Origin: an uncultured Candidatus Saccharibacteria bacterium
GTDB taxonomy: Bacteria; Patescibacteriota; Minisyncoccia; Phycocordibacterales; UBA12088
Reading direction: 5' to 3'
NCBI GenBank assembly: GCA_964411375.1
Contig: CAYPKR010000002.1
Location: forward strand, 64,894 to 128,893
DNA length: 64,000 nt
Part shown: piece after piece, positions 38,436 through 48,502 of the stretch
How positions within the stretch are numbered: position 1 is the stretch's first letter
How the letters are laid out: each line of letters begins with the position of its first letter
Notes under the pieces: model-generated
What the model saw: only the letters and a program-made list of their open reading frames with translations
Databases searched by the model: none
Told to the model about the DNA's origin: nothing
Translations under genes and position numbers: made by a program

Positions 38436-38612
38436 CTTGTCTCAAGTGAGTTGAGACACACTGCCGATTTTGGCACGTTGATCTTTCTCTTGCTAAGGAG
38501 ATACGATCAGATGCGCTAGTTCACGCGTTCGCTGTGCATAGGCCTCTTCTCGGATGCACAGCGAAGTTTCCCCTGCCAAAGTAGCGATATGCGCTCGGCA
38601 GGGGTTTCTTTT
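38436..38612 (+). ncRNA. Candidate multi-hairpin RNA of about 175 nt
   Basis: TTGACA, 17 nt, TATGGT; several consecutive hairpins; CCCCTGCC/GGCAGGGG terminator plus U tract. Confidence 0.45.
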
Positions 38613-40202
38613 TTATACAGATACTTCTTTGAGTCTCTCAATTAAAAATTTTCGATCCAGAACTGAAAGAAACCATCCTGCTTTTGGACCCGAATCTTTG
38701 CCGAGAAACGATTGGTAGATTGCGCTAAAAAATTGTTTGGCATCAAGTCCACTTTCCTTTCGAATTTCATGGAGCTCCGTGTGCAAATCTTCACCGATCA
38801 GTGGATCAGTTGCTTCGATATACGCACACACTTTTTGAAGTGCCATTTTTTGTTCTGGAGAAAAATGATTTGTCCCTTCTGGAGCAGAATCTTTTGCGAG
38901 CGTAAATTTGAACTGCTCGTCTGCGTACATATCAAGCCAAAACCTTGCAGTATCTGCACGAAGATCTGCCTCCGCTTTGTCCGAATCGGTGAGTGGACTT
39001 CCTTTTATTCGCTCCACTTCAGCAAGCAGCTCAAGATGTGGCATCTGAATAATAAACGCGACTTCAGAAAAGCGCGGCAAGAATCGTTTTTCTATATTTC
39101 TGCGCTCTTCCAGAAAATGAATGAAAGTAAAGAGCCTGGTATCATCGTCCTCGACTCCATTCCATGTTTTTTCGGCGAGTTTGTCGAAGGTGTCGAAAAG
39201 AACGGGCACGGTGTCTCCAGTCGGACTGAAATTAAACTGCTGCATCGGCTCTTTGCCGATCAAAAACAAGCGGAAGAGGTGCGGCGGCAACAGATCAGCA
39301 ACTTCTCTTGCAGACGCTCCCTTCCCTTTTGAGGAAGACATTTTCTTGCCGTCGATCAAGAAAAATTCGTACGGAATATCGAATGGCGGTTCGATTCCGA
39401 ATACTTCTTTTGCAATATGATTTGCCACGTCCCTCGAGCCGCCCTTGGTGGAATGATCTTTCCCCGCGCCTTCAATGTCGACACCAATCACTTTCCATTT
39501 TGCTGCCCACTCCACTTTCCAAGGAAGCTTTGCATTTCCATCAAACGGAGAAATCGATCCGTTATGTCCGCAGCCTTCTGCCCACTCAACCATTTTTGGT
39601 GGACACACATACGAAACTTTTTCGCCATCGAATCCAGTTACTTTGGTCGTGCCAATTTTGCCGCAGTTTTCACAAATGACTTGCAAAGGATACCAATCGT
39701 CTGCTTTTTTTGATCCCGACACTTCAAGATAAATACGACGAATAGCGTCGGCATTTTCAAGTGCCGCACGAATAGTGTCATTAAATTCTCCTGCTTTGTA
39801 TTTTTCACTAAGGCGATAATAGGTTGGTTTGAATCCTGCGTGTTCAATAACGCCTTCAAATTCTTTGCCATAGTATTCGGCAAAGTTTTTTTCTTTTCCA
39901 TCAGGAGAAGGAATCGTGTACAGCGGTTGTCCCATGTACTGCTTGTATTTTTCTTGATCGAGATACACAGGAAGCCCGTCCATCGGATCCATGTCATTTA
40001 TTTCCCACAAAAATTGATTGTCGATTCCCGCTTCAGCCAAAATTTCGGAAACGGTGCCATGAATCGCTGCGCCGCGCATTGAGCCAATATGGACGCGACC
40101 AGAGGCGGTTTTTTCGTCGCGAATCACGAGCGGCTTGCCGCTTTTGATGCGATCTTGGAGTGCCTTTTCAATATTTTCTTTTACAATATCCGCCCAGAAC
40201 AT
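38613..40202 (-). CDS. lysS: Lysine--tRNA ligase, class I
   Basis: MFWAD start, TASGRVHIGS, D.MD, KLPWKVEW, GKDH, KMSSSKG, GPKAG. Confidence 0.95.
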   Translation of the reverse strand: MFWADIVKENIEKALQDRIKSGKPLVIRDEKTASGRVHIGSMRGAAIHGTVSEILAEAGIDNQFLWEINDMDPMDGLPVYLDQEKYKQYMGQPLYTIPSPDGKEKNFAEYYGKEFEGVIEHAGFKPTYYRLSEKYKAGEFNDTIRAALENADAIRRIYLEVSGSKKADDWYPLQVICENCGKIGTTKVTGFDGEKVSYVCPPKMVEWAEGCGHNGSISPFDGNAKLPWKVEWAAKWKVIGVDIEGAGKDHSTKGGSRDVANHIAKEVFGIEPPFDIPYEFFLIDGKKMSSSKGKGASAREVADLLPPHLFRLFLIGKEPMQQFNFSPTGDTVPVLFDTFDKLAEKTWNGVEDDDTRLFTFIHFLEERRNIEKRFLPRFSEVAFIIQMPHLELLAEVERIKGSPLTDSDKAEADLRADTARFWLDMYADEQFKFTLAKDSAPEGTNHFSPEQKMALQKVCAYIEATDPLIGEDLHTELHEIRKESGLDAKQFFSAIYQSFLGKDSGPKAGWFLSVLDRKFLIERLKEVSV

Positions 40203-40277
40203 AGACGTATCATACGGATAATTGACACCTTGCTCAACATGTGGCAAGGTATCACCCAGACAAGTGGAGTCAGGGAA

Positions 40278-40424
40278 ATGGATTTCTGCGCCGGAGTATC
40301 GGAGTGTGCGCCAGCGATCGTGAACTTTCTTGGACCAAAGGAGTCGTCTGTGATGATACTTCTCACAATTGTCGCCTTTCTGGTCATGATGTTCTGTCGA
40401 CAACCACGCGCCAGAAGGAGGTAG
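40278..40424 (+). CDS. 48-aa single-TM microprotein with a basic tail
   Basis: MDFCAGVSECAPAIVNFLGPKESSVMILLTIVAFLVMMFCRQPRARRR; TTGACA at 40222; purine-rich leader; hairpin at 40430-40458. Confidence 0.5.
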   Translation: MDFCAGVSECAPAIVNFLGPKESSVMILLTIVAFLVMMFCRQPRARRR

Positions 40425-40479
40425 CAGCAAGCGCCGCGAGATTTTGTCTCGCGGCGCTCTTCAATTTCAATATCGAGAT

Positions 40480-40950
40480 TTAGGCAACTTCTACGATTTT
40501 GTATGCCTGCTTGCCGTTTGGCGTTTCGAATGAAAACTTTTCATTCTTTTTCTTTCCCATCATTGCTTCACCGAGTGGAGAAAGGTGAGAAATTTTTCGT
40601 TCAAGCATGTTTGCTTCTTCGGACCCTACAATTTCGTACTGATGTGGTTCCTTGTCCCCTTCTTTCTGGATGGTGACTTTTGAACCGAGCGTTACTGCTT
40701 CACTTTTCTTTGGAGAAACGATGCGTGCAGTCTGGAGAATAGTTTCGAGCTTCTTGATACGTTCTTCGGTTGCAGCCTGCAGATCACGTGCTTCCTGGTA
40801 TTCTGCGTTTTCAGAAAGATCTCCGAGTGAGCGAGCATATTCAAGACTCTCGGCGATCTCCTTTCGGCGGACCGTTTTTAAATAATCGAGCTCTTTGGTG
40901 AGCTCTTCGAATTTCTCCTGAGACAAATATTCGGTATTGGTGTCAGTCAT
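40480..40950 (-). CDS. greA: Transcription elongation factor GreA
   Basis: GDLSENAEY, IVGSEEA, SPLG. Confidence 0.97.
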   Translation of the reverse strand: MTDTNTEYLSQEKFEELTKELDYLKTVRRKEIAESLEYARSLGDLSENAEYQEARDLQAATEERIKKLETILQTARIVSPKKSEAVTLGSKVTIQKEGDKEPHQYEIVGSEEANMLERKISHLSPLGEAMMGKKKNEKFSFETPNGKQAYKIVEVA

Positions 40951-41107
40951 AAGTTATGTGATTTTTGAATGGGCATATTTTACATGAAATCGAGAGCTTG
41001 TAAAGCGCTGTGCATACATTTCGTCATTATTGCGTCAAATAATGGTGACTGATAGGCTACCGTCTAGAAAACTGTTTGGCGAGTTCTGACCAGTAACGAG
41101 GTATCCC

Positions 41108-41756
41108 ATGGCACGCGATGATCCACTATCCAAAGAAGATCTCGGCACGGGCGTATCCTCGATACCTACAAAGATACGAAAGCGGGAATCGGCGGAAATG
41201 ATCGGAATGGAACCACCCCCTTCACTGAAATATTAACTGCCGTAGAGCAGTGGCCGCATCTGAAACTGGACGCAGTCCTTGCAGCTCTTTTTGTACTGCT
41301 GCCCAATCCGGAAAGGTGCGGGATAATTGTGACCATTCTTGATGAGCTGTACGGAGAGGGTCTCGAGGTTGATCAAGACCCCAAAAAACGAAAATTCGTT
41401 ACACTCAGAGTCGCTCTGAATGAAAAGTAATATCTTCCCCTCCTCCGGAATTGCGGTACCTTATTCTCCATATCCAGACCTATTTCGGTAAGGATTGGAA
41501 GAGGTACGTGCAAGGAGAGCTTTCTAAAGATGGAGATATGTGGAAAGCGATTCCCATTCAAGCTGCTCTTCTGCATGCAGAACTCGATCTGTGGGGCGAA
41601 GCAGTAGATATCATTGAGATTGCGCGTCAGGGGCGAAAGATTAGCGACGAGGCACTTCAGCAAGTCTTTATAGATCTGAAGACCTTAGGATGTCCCAGAG
41701 GACTGGCGGATGTGTTGCGACGAGGATGGAAATTGCCCGCGAGCAAAAGTACGTAA
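41108..41756 (+). pseudogene. Possible orphan gene broken into three frames
   Basis: GAGGT SD plus ATG at 41108 (42 aa); -1 frame open 41122-41430; next -1 frame open 41424-41756. Confidence 0.35.
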
Positions 41757-41803
41757 GAAGCAAACTGGAGTTGTGCAGGAAGCGTAGTTGCTTCCTGCAT
41801 TTT

Positions 41804-43501
41804 TTATTTATCTTCCAAATATTCTGGTGTATGGGCGGTCATATAATCAAGTGTTTGGCGCATGACGTACGTTGCACCGATCGTGTTGGTGATTGGTCCC
41901 TTCTCCATAATGACGACAAAGGCATAGCGTGGATGTTCATATGGGAAGAAACCCATCACCCAGGAATTATCAAATCGTTTGTCGACACCAAGTTGGGCGG
42001 TTCCCGTTTTTCCTGCGACGGTGACGGCATTAGTATTTAATCCTTTTGCAGTACCGATCAAAACACCTTGTCGCATTCCTTCGCGGACGATTTTGAATTC
42101 AGATTCTGGAATATCGAGTTTGGTTGTTCCAAGTGTTGTTGATGCTTCAAGCGTTGGGGTGATAAGTGTACCGCCATTTGCGATCGACGATACAGCGCGA
42201 AGCATCTGGATCGGCGTCACTTGAAATCCATACTGACCAATGACGGTATTGTAGGTATCTCCAACGCGCCACGGCTCGCCATTAAACATTTTTGCCTTCC
42301 ATTCGGGGCTTGGAATTGTTCCCCCTGCTTCTCCGGCAAGTGAAATGCCTGTTGATGTGGCGAGTCCGAAGAGTGTGGCGTATTTTTCGATATTTTGAAT
42401 TCCCATTCCCTTCTGATCCTGGAATCCGCCACCAATTTCATAAAAATAGACGTCGGATGAATATGCAATTGCGAGGCGCATATCGACGAGTCCATGCGCG
42501 CGCCAGTCGTTGAAACGCGATGGACGCGAAGGATCGTACGGATTTGGAACCAAAATGTAGCCAATTGAGAGAATTTGTTTATTTGGATCAATAACACCCT
42601 CTTCGAGTGCACCGATCGCCATAAACGGCTTCACAATGGATCCTGGAGTGTACAACCCAGAAATAAAACGATCGAGAAACGGTTTTCTTGAATCAGTGTT
42701 GTATCCTGAAATAACTTTTGCATCATCGCCTTGAGTCAAAATATTTGGTTCGTATTCTGGGTAACTCGTAAGCGCAAGGATTTCTCCCGTGTGGACGTCC
42801 ATGATGGCGCCGGCTCCTCCCGTAAACGGCACTTGGTCTGCCAAATTTTTGATGTATCCATACATCGCGCTTTGGACGCGAGAATCGATTGAAAGCGTGA
42901 CACTCCCGCCATCTTTTGGTGGTGCAAAAATACTTTCCGACGTTGTCTTCCCGAGCGCATCAACTTCAACCATTCGACTTCCGTTTTCTCCGGAGAGTTT
43001 TTCATTTTCAGCACGCTCGATTCCTGCGATGCCGATCGTATCGGTTTGATAAAACTTCCCCGCTTTGTCTTGCTTTGGCAGCGCAACGTAGCCGAGGAGA
43101 TGTCCAAATCCTGGTGTATCAATATATGCGCGTCCTAAAAAAGTACTCGAAGCTTCTTCGGTATTCCATGCAAGCTCGTGACCGCGTCGATCATAAATGA
43201 CGCCGCGCCGCGCAAAGACTGCCGTTGTTTCAAGACGGTTCTGTTCACTCCGTTTTTTATACTCTTCTCCATGTGCAATTTGGAGCGAGTAGAGTCGTGT
43301 CACGAGAAGTATTCCGATTAAAAATACGGAAGCGCCGAATATGCGAATGGCGCGTTTTCCGATCGGTCGTTCAAGTCTGCCTTCCATTTGATTTCGGTCA
43401 AAGTCAGGAAGATTTCTTGAATCAAGAAAAATTTCGTCCGGATCTATTTCGGCGCTTCGGCGCTTGCTTCTTTTTTTAATTTTGCCGAAGGGAGTCTGCA
43501 T
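41804..43501 (-). CDS. mrdA: Penicillin-binding protein 2
   Basis: RGVIYDR, PGSIVK, SSD, KTGTAQ; follows mreBCD. Confidence 0.92.
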   Translation of the reverse strand: MQTPFGKIKKRSKRRSAEIDPDEIFLDSRNLPDFDRNQMEGRLERPIGKRAIRIFGASVFLIGILLVTRLYSLQIAHGEEYKKRSEQNRLETTAVFARRGVIYDRRGHELAWNTEEASSTFLGRAYIDTPGFGHLLGYVALPKQDKAGKFYQTDTIGIAGIERAENEKLSGENGSRMVEVDALGKTTSESIFAPPKDGGSVTLSIDSRVQSAMYGYIKNLADQVPFTGGAGAIMDVHTGEILALTSYPEYEPNILTQGDDAKVISGYNTDSRKPFLDRFISGLYTPGSIVKPFMAIGALEEGVIDPNKQILSIGYILVPNPYDPSRPSRFNDWRAHGLVDMRLAIAYSSDVYFYEIGGGFQDQKGMGIQNIEKYATLFGLATSTGISLAGEAGGTIPSPEWKAKMFNGEPWRVGDTYNTVIGQYGFQVTPIQMLRAVSSIANGGTLITPTLEASTTLGTTKLDIPESEFKIVREGMRQGVLIGTAKGLNTNAVTVAGKTGTAQLGVDKRFDNSWVMGFFPYEHPRYAFVVIMEKGPITNTIGATYVMRQTLDYMTAHTPEYLEDK

Positions 43502-43521
43502 AGATGAACCATATCAAATTT

Positions 43522-43794
43522 TTACATTCCGGGGAAAAAATACGCTCGGAGCCCTGGACGAGCGAGGATTACAAGCATAAAAATTGCCGTATAGAAAAAT
43601 CCAAAATGGAATCCAAACAACAATGTGTTTCCATAGAGTGAATCAAGAATGACGCCGATTGCAATTACCTCAACAAAGCCAAATTGGAAGAGTACCGCGA
43701 GTGCTAGGATGACCGAAATCCACCACGGCAGAGTATACGAGACAACCAGAAGTGCAAAAAACAGAGAAACGCGGATCCAGGAATCCTTATTCAT
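43522..43794 (-). CDS. Small membrane protein at the mreD position
   Basis: Hydrophobic 90 aa with GVILD; lies between mreC and mrdA. Confidence 0.6.
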   Translation of the reverse strand: MNKDSWIRVSLFFALLVVSYTLPWWISVILALAVLFQFGFVEVIAIGVILDSLYGNTLLFGFHFGFFYTAIFMLVILARPGLRAYFFPGM

Positions 43795-44596
43795 GGACTT
43801 TAGGAATTACTTCTACAAAACGTAGCCCTTGGAGAGTAAAAGGTGAAGCGGCAAGAACAGTTTCAAATGCGTCAGCAGGTTTTTCAAACACTGCGCCAAC
43901 CGATGCGATCAGGATGGTTTCTGCTCCAGGAAGTACGACAGGCGAATCGGTTGCGACCGAAACGCCACGCGGAAGTTTTATCAAAAAATTTCCACCGCCC
44001 TGCCCTGCGAGCGTCACGGCGATTGAGCTTGTCGCTGCAAGCAGAATTGCGGGCGTTTCGACGCTCGGAGATGAATACAGCACCACTTCGGAAGTTCCCT
44101 TTCCGGTATGCGAAATAGTTCCAACTGCAATGTCTCCCCACGCAACAACTGGGTCGTGTAGAGAAACACCGTCTTCGGTACCTGCATCAATCAGTATCGT
44201 GTCATAGGGAGTGTGTGGTGGACCACTCAAAACGCCCGCAAAAATACCTTTTGTCTCTCCTTTTTTTCGAAGCAAATCCATGAAAGTTTGATTGCTTGCA
44301 CGAAGTGCCGCAGTTGTTTTTTCCTTTGCTTCAAGTTCACTGATCGTATTTTTGAGACGAGCATTTTCTTCTGTGAGTGAACGATTTGATCTAAGTAGCA
44401 CTTGTATTCCCGAAAAACCACCGGTAATCCGATTTGATACAAACCAAATTGGTCTGCCGGCAGTAAAAATCGCCGAGCGAAGAAACGCCGGCGGTGCAAT
44501 AAAAAATAAAAGGATACATGCTCCAATACCCCCCGCAAGATAGAGCGTAAGTCGTTTTGATCTTTTGTTATGTTCCCGGCGAGAGCGCATCTTCAC
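43787..44596 (-). CDS. mreC: Rod shape-determining protein MreC
   Basis: TM, coiled coil, ILIDAGTEDGV; downstream of mreB. Confidence 0.88.
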   Translation of the reverse strand: MKMRSRREHNKRSKRLTLYLAGGIGACILLFFIAPPAFLRSAIFTAGRPIWFVSNRITGGFSGIQVLLRSNRSLTEENARLKNTISELEAKEKTTAALRASNQTFMDLLRKKGETKGIFAGVLSGPPHTPYDTILIDAGTEDGVSLHDPVVAWGDIAVGTISHTGKGTSEVVLYSSPSVETPAILLAATSSIAVTLAGQGGGNFLIKLPRGVSVATDSPVVLPGAETILIASVGAVFEKPADAFETVLAASPFTLQGLRFVEVIPKVHE

Positions 44597-45653
44597 TTTC
44601 GATCAATACTTCCACATATTGCGGAAGATTCTCAATAATAACACCGGTTCCTCGAACGACCGAAGAGAGCGGATCTTGCGCGCGATAGACCGGAATCTGC
44701 AAAACCGAGCTTAAAAATTCTGGCATGCCACGAATCAAAGCGCCGCCGCCGGTTAGATGAATTCCTTTTTGCATCACGTCAGCAAGAACTTCAGGGGGCG
44801 TTGTTTCAAGAACTTCACGTACCGTTTCGACAAGTGTATCGATTGAGTGAGTGATTGCTTCTCGAATATCGGCATCAGTTATGACGATTTCGCGCGGGAG
44901 TCCAGTGACCAAATCTCGTCCGCGAACAGTCGCTTCAATCGGGTCTCCGGTTGCCGCGACTGAACATGCTGCAATTTTGAGTTCTTCTGCGGTTTTTTCA
45001 CCAATCAATATTTTGAATTCGCTGCGGATATATCCGGCGATATCGGCATTCAATTTATCACCTGCGATACGAAGATTTCGTGCACGAACAATTCCAGAGA
45101 GAGAAATGACCGCAATATCGGTAGTACCACCGCCAATATCGATAACCATGCTTCCCATTGGGGCATGTACCGGCAGTTTGATTCCGATTGCAGCTGCCAT
45201 TGGTTCTTCCACAATAAATACTTCGCGTGCACCAGCATTTTTTGCTGCATCCCTCACGGCACGTGTTTCTACGTTCGTGATTCCAGACGGAACACCAATC
45301 ACCACCCGTGGACCAAAAATAGTTCGTCGTCCTTCTTGCGCTTTATTAATGAGGTACGCAAGCATTTCCTCAGTAACTTCGAAATCTGAAATAACGCCAT
45401 CAACAAGTGGTCGGATGGCAACAATATGTCCAGGCGTGCGACCAAGCATGTCTTTCGCTTGCGTTCCAACGGCAACAACCTGTCCGGTTTTTTGATTCAC
45501 CGCAACAACGGAGGGCTCGGAAACGATGATTCCCTTTCCGCGAAGATACACAAGCGTATTCGCGGTTCCAAGATCGATACCAATATCGTTCGAAAGCAAA
45601 TGCGAAAATCGCCCAAACAGTTTATTTGAAATTTTATGAAGGAAATTTGGCAT
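44568..45653 (-). CDS. mreB: Rod shape-determining protein MreB
   Basis: DLGTANT, EPMAAAIG, DIGGGTT, GEKTAE, TGGGAL; ATG at 45653. Confidence 0.96.
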   Translation of the reverse strand: MPNFLHKISNKLFGRFSHLLSNDIGIDLGTANTLVYLRGKGIIVSEPSVVAVNQKTGQVVAVGTQAKDMLGRTPGHIVAIRPLVDGVISDFEVTEEMLAYLINKAQEGRRTIFGPRVVIGVPSGITNVETRAVRDAAKNAGAREVFIVEEPMAAAIGIKLPVHAPMGSMVIDIGGGTTDIAVISLSGIVRARNLRIAGDKLNADIAGYIRSEFKILIGEKTAEELKIAACSVAATGDPIEATVRGRDLVTGLPREIVITDADIREAITHSIDTLVETVREVLETTPPEVLADVMQKGIHLTGGGALIRGMPEFLSSVLQIPVYRAQDPLSSVVRGTGVIIENLPQYVEVLIESEDALSPGT

Positions 45654-45739
45654 ATATATCAAGACGCAAGTTTCCGCTTCCCGATTGGGGCGCATGAACC
45701 GCTACTCTTTCAAAGAAAATTGTTCGTCGTTTCGATTCG

Positions 45740-46990
45740 TTATTTTGTAACGAATCCGATTAGTTCTTGTTCGTCTACGTGTGACACTTCTCCACTCTTC
45801 CGCTCAACTACTTCGATTTTTCCTTCCGCAATTGTTTTTGCGGATACGACTGCGCGGTATGGAAGTCCGAGAAGATCGCTGTCGGCAAATTTTTCTCCTG
45901 CGCGCAAGTCGCGATCATCAAAGAGTACCTGAACTCCTTGTGCGGTCAAATCGGTGTATAGCTTCTCTGCGGCCGTACTGACTTCCGAATCATTTCCAAG
46001 CTGAACAAGATGAATCTGAAATGGCGCCACTTCAAGCGGCCAAACAATTCCAGATTCGTCAGAAAGAGCTTCAACGATTGTACCCACGAGGCGTGCAGGA
46101 CCGATACCGTAACAACCCATGATTACTGGCTGATCTTCACCGGCCTCATTTTTATACGAAAGATTGAGCGCTTTTGAAAAACGGGTGCCGAGAGAAAAAA
46201 TATTTCCTACTTCGATTGACTTTGCTTCACGAAGTTCGTCTCGCTTCACGCCAAGATCAGCGAGGACTTCGTCAGTTAGTACTTCTTTGTTGATCGCAAT
46301 TTTCTTTCCGTCGTGAATGTATGAAAGATCCTCGCCTGCCTCTGATTCTGTCTGAAATTCGTGACTGTATTTACTGAATGCGCCTCCCGAAGCAAATGTT
46401 TGATATGTAATTGCTCCGATACCCGCTCGTTCAAAAATTCTTTTGTATGCACCGGCTATCGATTCATAAATCTTTGCATGATCTTCTTCGTTTGCCGCAA
46501 ATGAATACAAATCTTTCATGATGAATTCTCGCGTGCGCATTATGCCCGACTTTGCGCGTGTTTCATTTCGAAACTTTGTTTGGAATTGATACGCCAAGGT
46601 CGGCAAATCTTTGTACGACTGCACAAATTGCTTCATCAGATTGGTGATGTCTTCTTCGTGTGTCCAACCAAAACCAACATCGCCTCCTGTTTTCAAAGTT
46701 GATTTAAACCAGACATCAACTTCGTCATCACTCCACCGATTTGTTTTCTTCCATAATTCAGGATCTTGAAGAGAAGACATTACCAACTCTTGCCCGCCAA
46801 CCGCATTCATTTCTTCACGGATTATGTTCATGATCCGCTCCAAAACAATGAGCCCAAGCGGCAGAAATGTATACACACCTGCCATTTCTTTGTGAATATA
46901 GCCGCCTCTGATGAGGAGTTCGGCATTTTTGGCAACCTCGTCTTTGGGCGCTTCTTTGCGGGTCTTGGTGAAGAGCTTCGACTGTCTCAT
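45740..46990 (-). CDS. proS: Proline--tRNA ligase, short form without the editing domain
   Basis: MRQSKLF, THEE, KFRNE.R, REFIMKD.YS, MGCYGIG. Confidence 0.95.
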   Translation of the reverse strand: MRQSKLFTKTRKEAPKDEVAKNAELLIRGGYIHKEMAGVYTFLPLGLIVLERIMNIIREEMNAVGGQELVMSSLQDPELWKKTNRWSDDEVDVWFKSTLKTGGDVGFGWTHEEDITNLMKQFVQSYKDLPTLAYQFQTKFRNETRAKSGIMRTREFIMKDLYSFAANEEDHAKIYESIAGAYKRIFERAGIGAITYQTFASGGAFSKYSHEFQTESEAGEDLSYIHDGKKIAINKEVLTDEVLADLGVKRDELREAKSIEVGNIFSLGTRFSKALNLSYKNEAGEDQPVIMGCYGIGPARLVGTIVEALSDESGIVWPLEVAPFQIHLVQLGNDSEVSTAAEKLYTDLTAQGVQVLFDDRDLRAGEKFADSDLLGLPYRAVVSAKTIAEGKIEVVERKSGEVSHVDEQELIGFVTK

Positions 46991-47066
46991 GTATGGCACA
47001 TTGTACCGTAAAAAAAGGTGCGGTCAAAAAGAATCCGCGCTGCCAAAGGCAGCGCGGATTCTTTTC

Positions 47067-47381
47067 CTAATGCACGGTTTTTTCCTCAATTTCACACGCT
47101 GCGACTTCCTCCATAATTTCGCCCAAATCATCAGAATCGAATGTGTGCGAATCGGGAAGCCAGTGTTTATCAGCCCAAACGCCAAATTTATTTCCAAACC
47201 CTTCTGCTATCCATTTTCCCCAAGCTTCAGGAGTTGGATGTGGATTATCACCCAGAGGAACCTCCTCCCCGGCAAACCACGCTACCAAGGTTGCTTGCAG
47301 CAATCCTTTTTGTACCAAGTCCTCATTCACCCATGCACCCTCGTGACCCTTGGGTTCATTTGTATTTCCTTCAAACTTCAT
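47067..47381 (-). CDS. Hypothetical protein
   Basis: 104 aa ORF just downstream of rseP, followed by a strong hairpin at 47029-47063. Confidence 0.55.
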   Translation of the reverse strand: MKFEGNTNEPKGHEGAWVNEDLVQKGLLQATLVAWFAGEEVPLGDNPHPTPEAWGKWIAEGFGNKFGVWADKHWLPDSHTFDSDDLGEIMEEVAACEIEEKTVH

Positions 47382-47393
47382 AGCAGAAATAAA

Positions 47394-48500
47394 TTACAAC
47401 AATTTTAGCACGTCATGTACGGTCACCAGTGCCATAAGTACGAGGAGCAAAATAATACCGACAGTGTTTGCCATATTTGCAACTTTTGGTGAGATCGGCT
47501 TTCGGCGAATTGTTTCAATCAAGACAAATAGCAATCGTCCCCCGTCAAGTGCTGGAAATGGAAGGACATTGATGACCGCAAGATTGAGTGAAATAAATGC
47601 AGTAAACGTAAGGAGATAAATAAATCCGAGATTTGATGCATCGCCAACCAAATTAGCAATCCCAATAGGTCCCGTTATCTCGCCGAGATTTGCATTTAGA
47701 GTAAATGCGCTTCCAAAAAATGTAAGGAGCCCAGTCGCAACATCAGTTGTTTTTTGGACAGTCATTAAGAATCCCTGACCGATTGCAGGAAGGAATCCGA
47801 GCTGAACGGTTCCTGCGAGCGCCATCACGATTCCTGCAGCCGGACGATTTGGATCATCGGGGACGAGTCCGGTTACGGGATTTAGCGATACTTTGGACAT
47901 TGAATCTCCGCGAAGATACGTGATTGTCACTGTACTGCCGCCGCTTTGGCTTATGATACTTGCCGCTGACTCTGGCGTGAGCGCATTTCCCATTACGATT
48001 GCGCCGTTGGCATCGATTTCAGTGAGCTGATCTCCCGGCTTAAGACCTGCCTTCTCTCCCGGTGCATCCGGCATAACGCTAATGAGTTCCACATGCGCAT
48101 TTTGAACCGACTCTCGATCAGCGGGAGCAACGGCGGTTGGCATGCCGATCATGAATCCGATCGAAAAGAGCACCCATGCAAAAATAATGTTTCCAAAAAT
48201 ACCGGCAAGCAAAATAAGTGATTTTGCCCACCACGGCTTGTGCACAAAACTCCTCTTTGAATCGGTGCCATTGGTCGATTCTTCGTCCGGGTCTTCGCCA
48301 AATATCTTTACGTAGCCGCCAATAGGAAGAAGGTTGAGAACATACCGCGTCTCGCCGTACTTCTTTCCATAAATCTTAGGCGGAAATCCTAGCGCAAATT
48401 CATCAACCCGAACTCCAAGTTTTTTTGCGGCAAGAAAATGCCCGAGCTCATGCACAAACACGAGCGCACCAAGAACTAAAATGAAAATAATGACCGTCAT
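47394..48500 (-). CDS. rseP: RIP metalloprotease RseP (M50 with PDZ)
   Basis: HELGH, PIGGYV, GPIGI, N.LP.PALDGG. Confidence 0.95.
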   Translation of the reverse strand: MTVIIFILVLGALVFVHELGHFLAAKKLGVRVDEFALGFPPKIYGKKYGETRYVLNLLPIGGYVKIFGEDPDEESTNGTDSKRSFVHKPWWAKSLILLAGIFGNIIFAWVLFSIGFMIGMPTAVAPADRESVQNAHVELISVMPDAPGEKAGLKPGDQLTEIDANGAIVMGNALTPESAASIISQSGGSTVTITYLRGDSMSKVSLNPVTGLVPDDPNRPAAGIVMALAGTVQLGFLPAIGQGFLMTVQKTTDVATGLLTFFGSAFTLNANLGEITGPIGIANLVGDASNLGFIYLLTFTAFISLNLAVINVLPFPALDGGRLLFVLIETIRRKPISPKVANMANTVGIILLLVLMALVTVHDVLKLL

Positions 48501-48502
48501 GG

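Noticed and set aside
40203-40430. 76-aa N-terminal extension of LysRS in the ORF track
   Set aside because: Class I LysRS begins at MFWAD (40202); the extension is antisense to a separate small unit.
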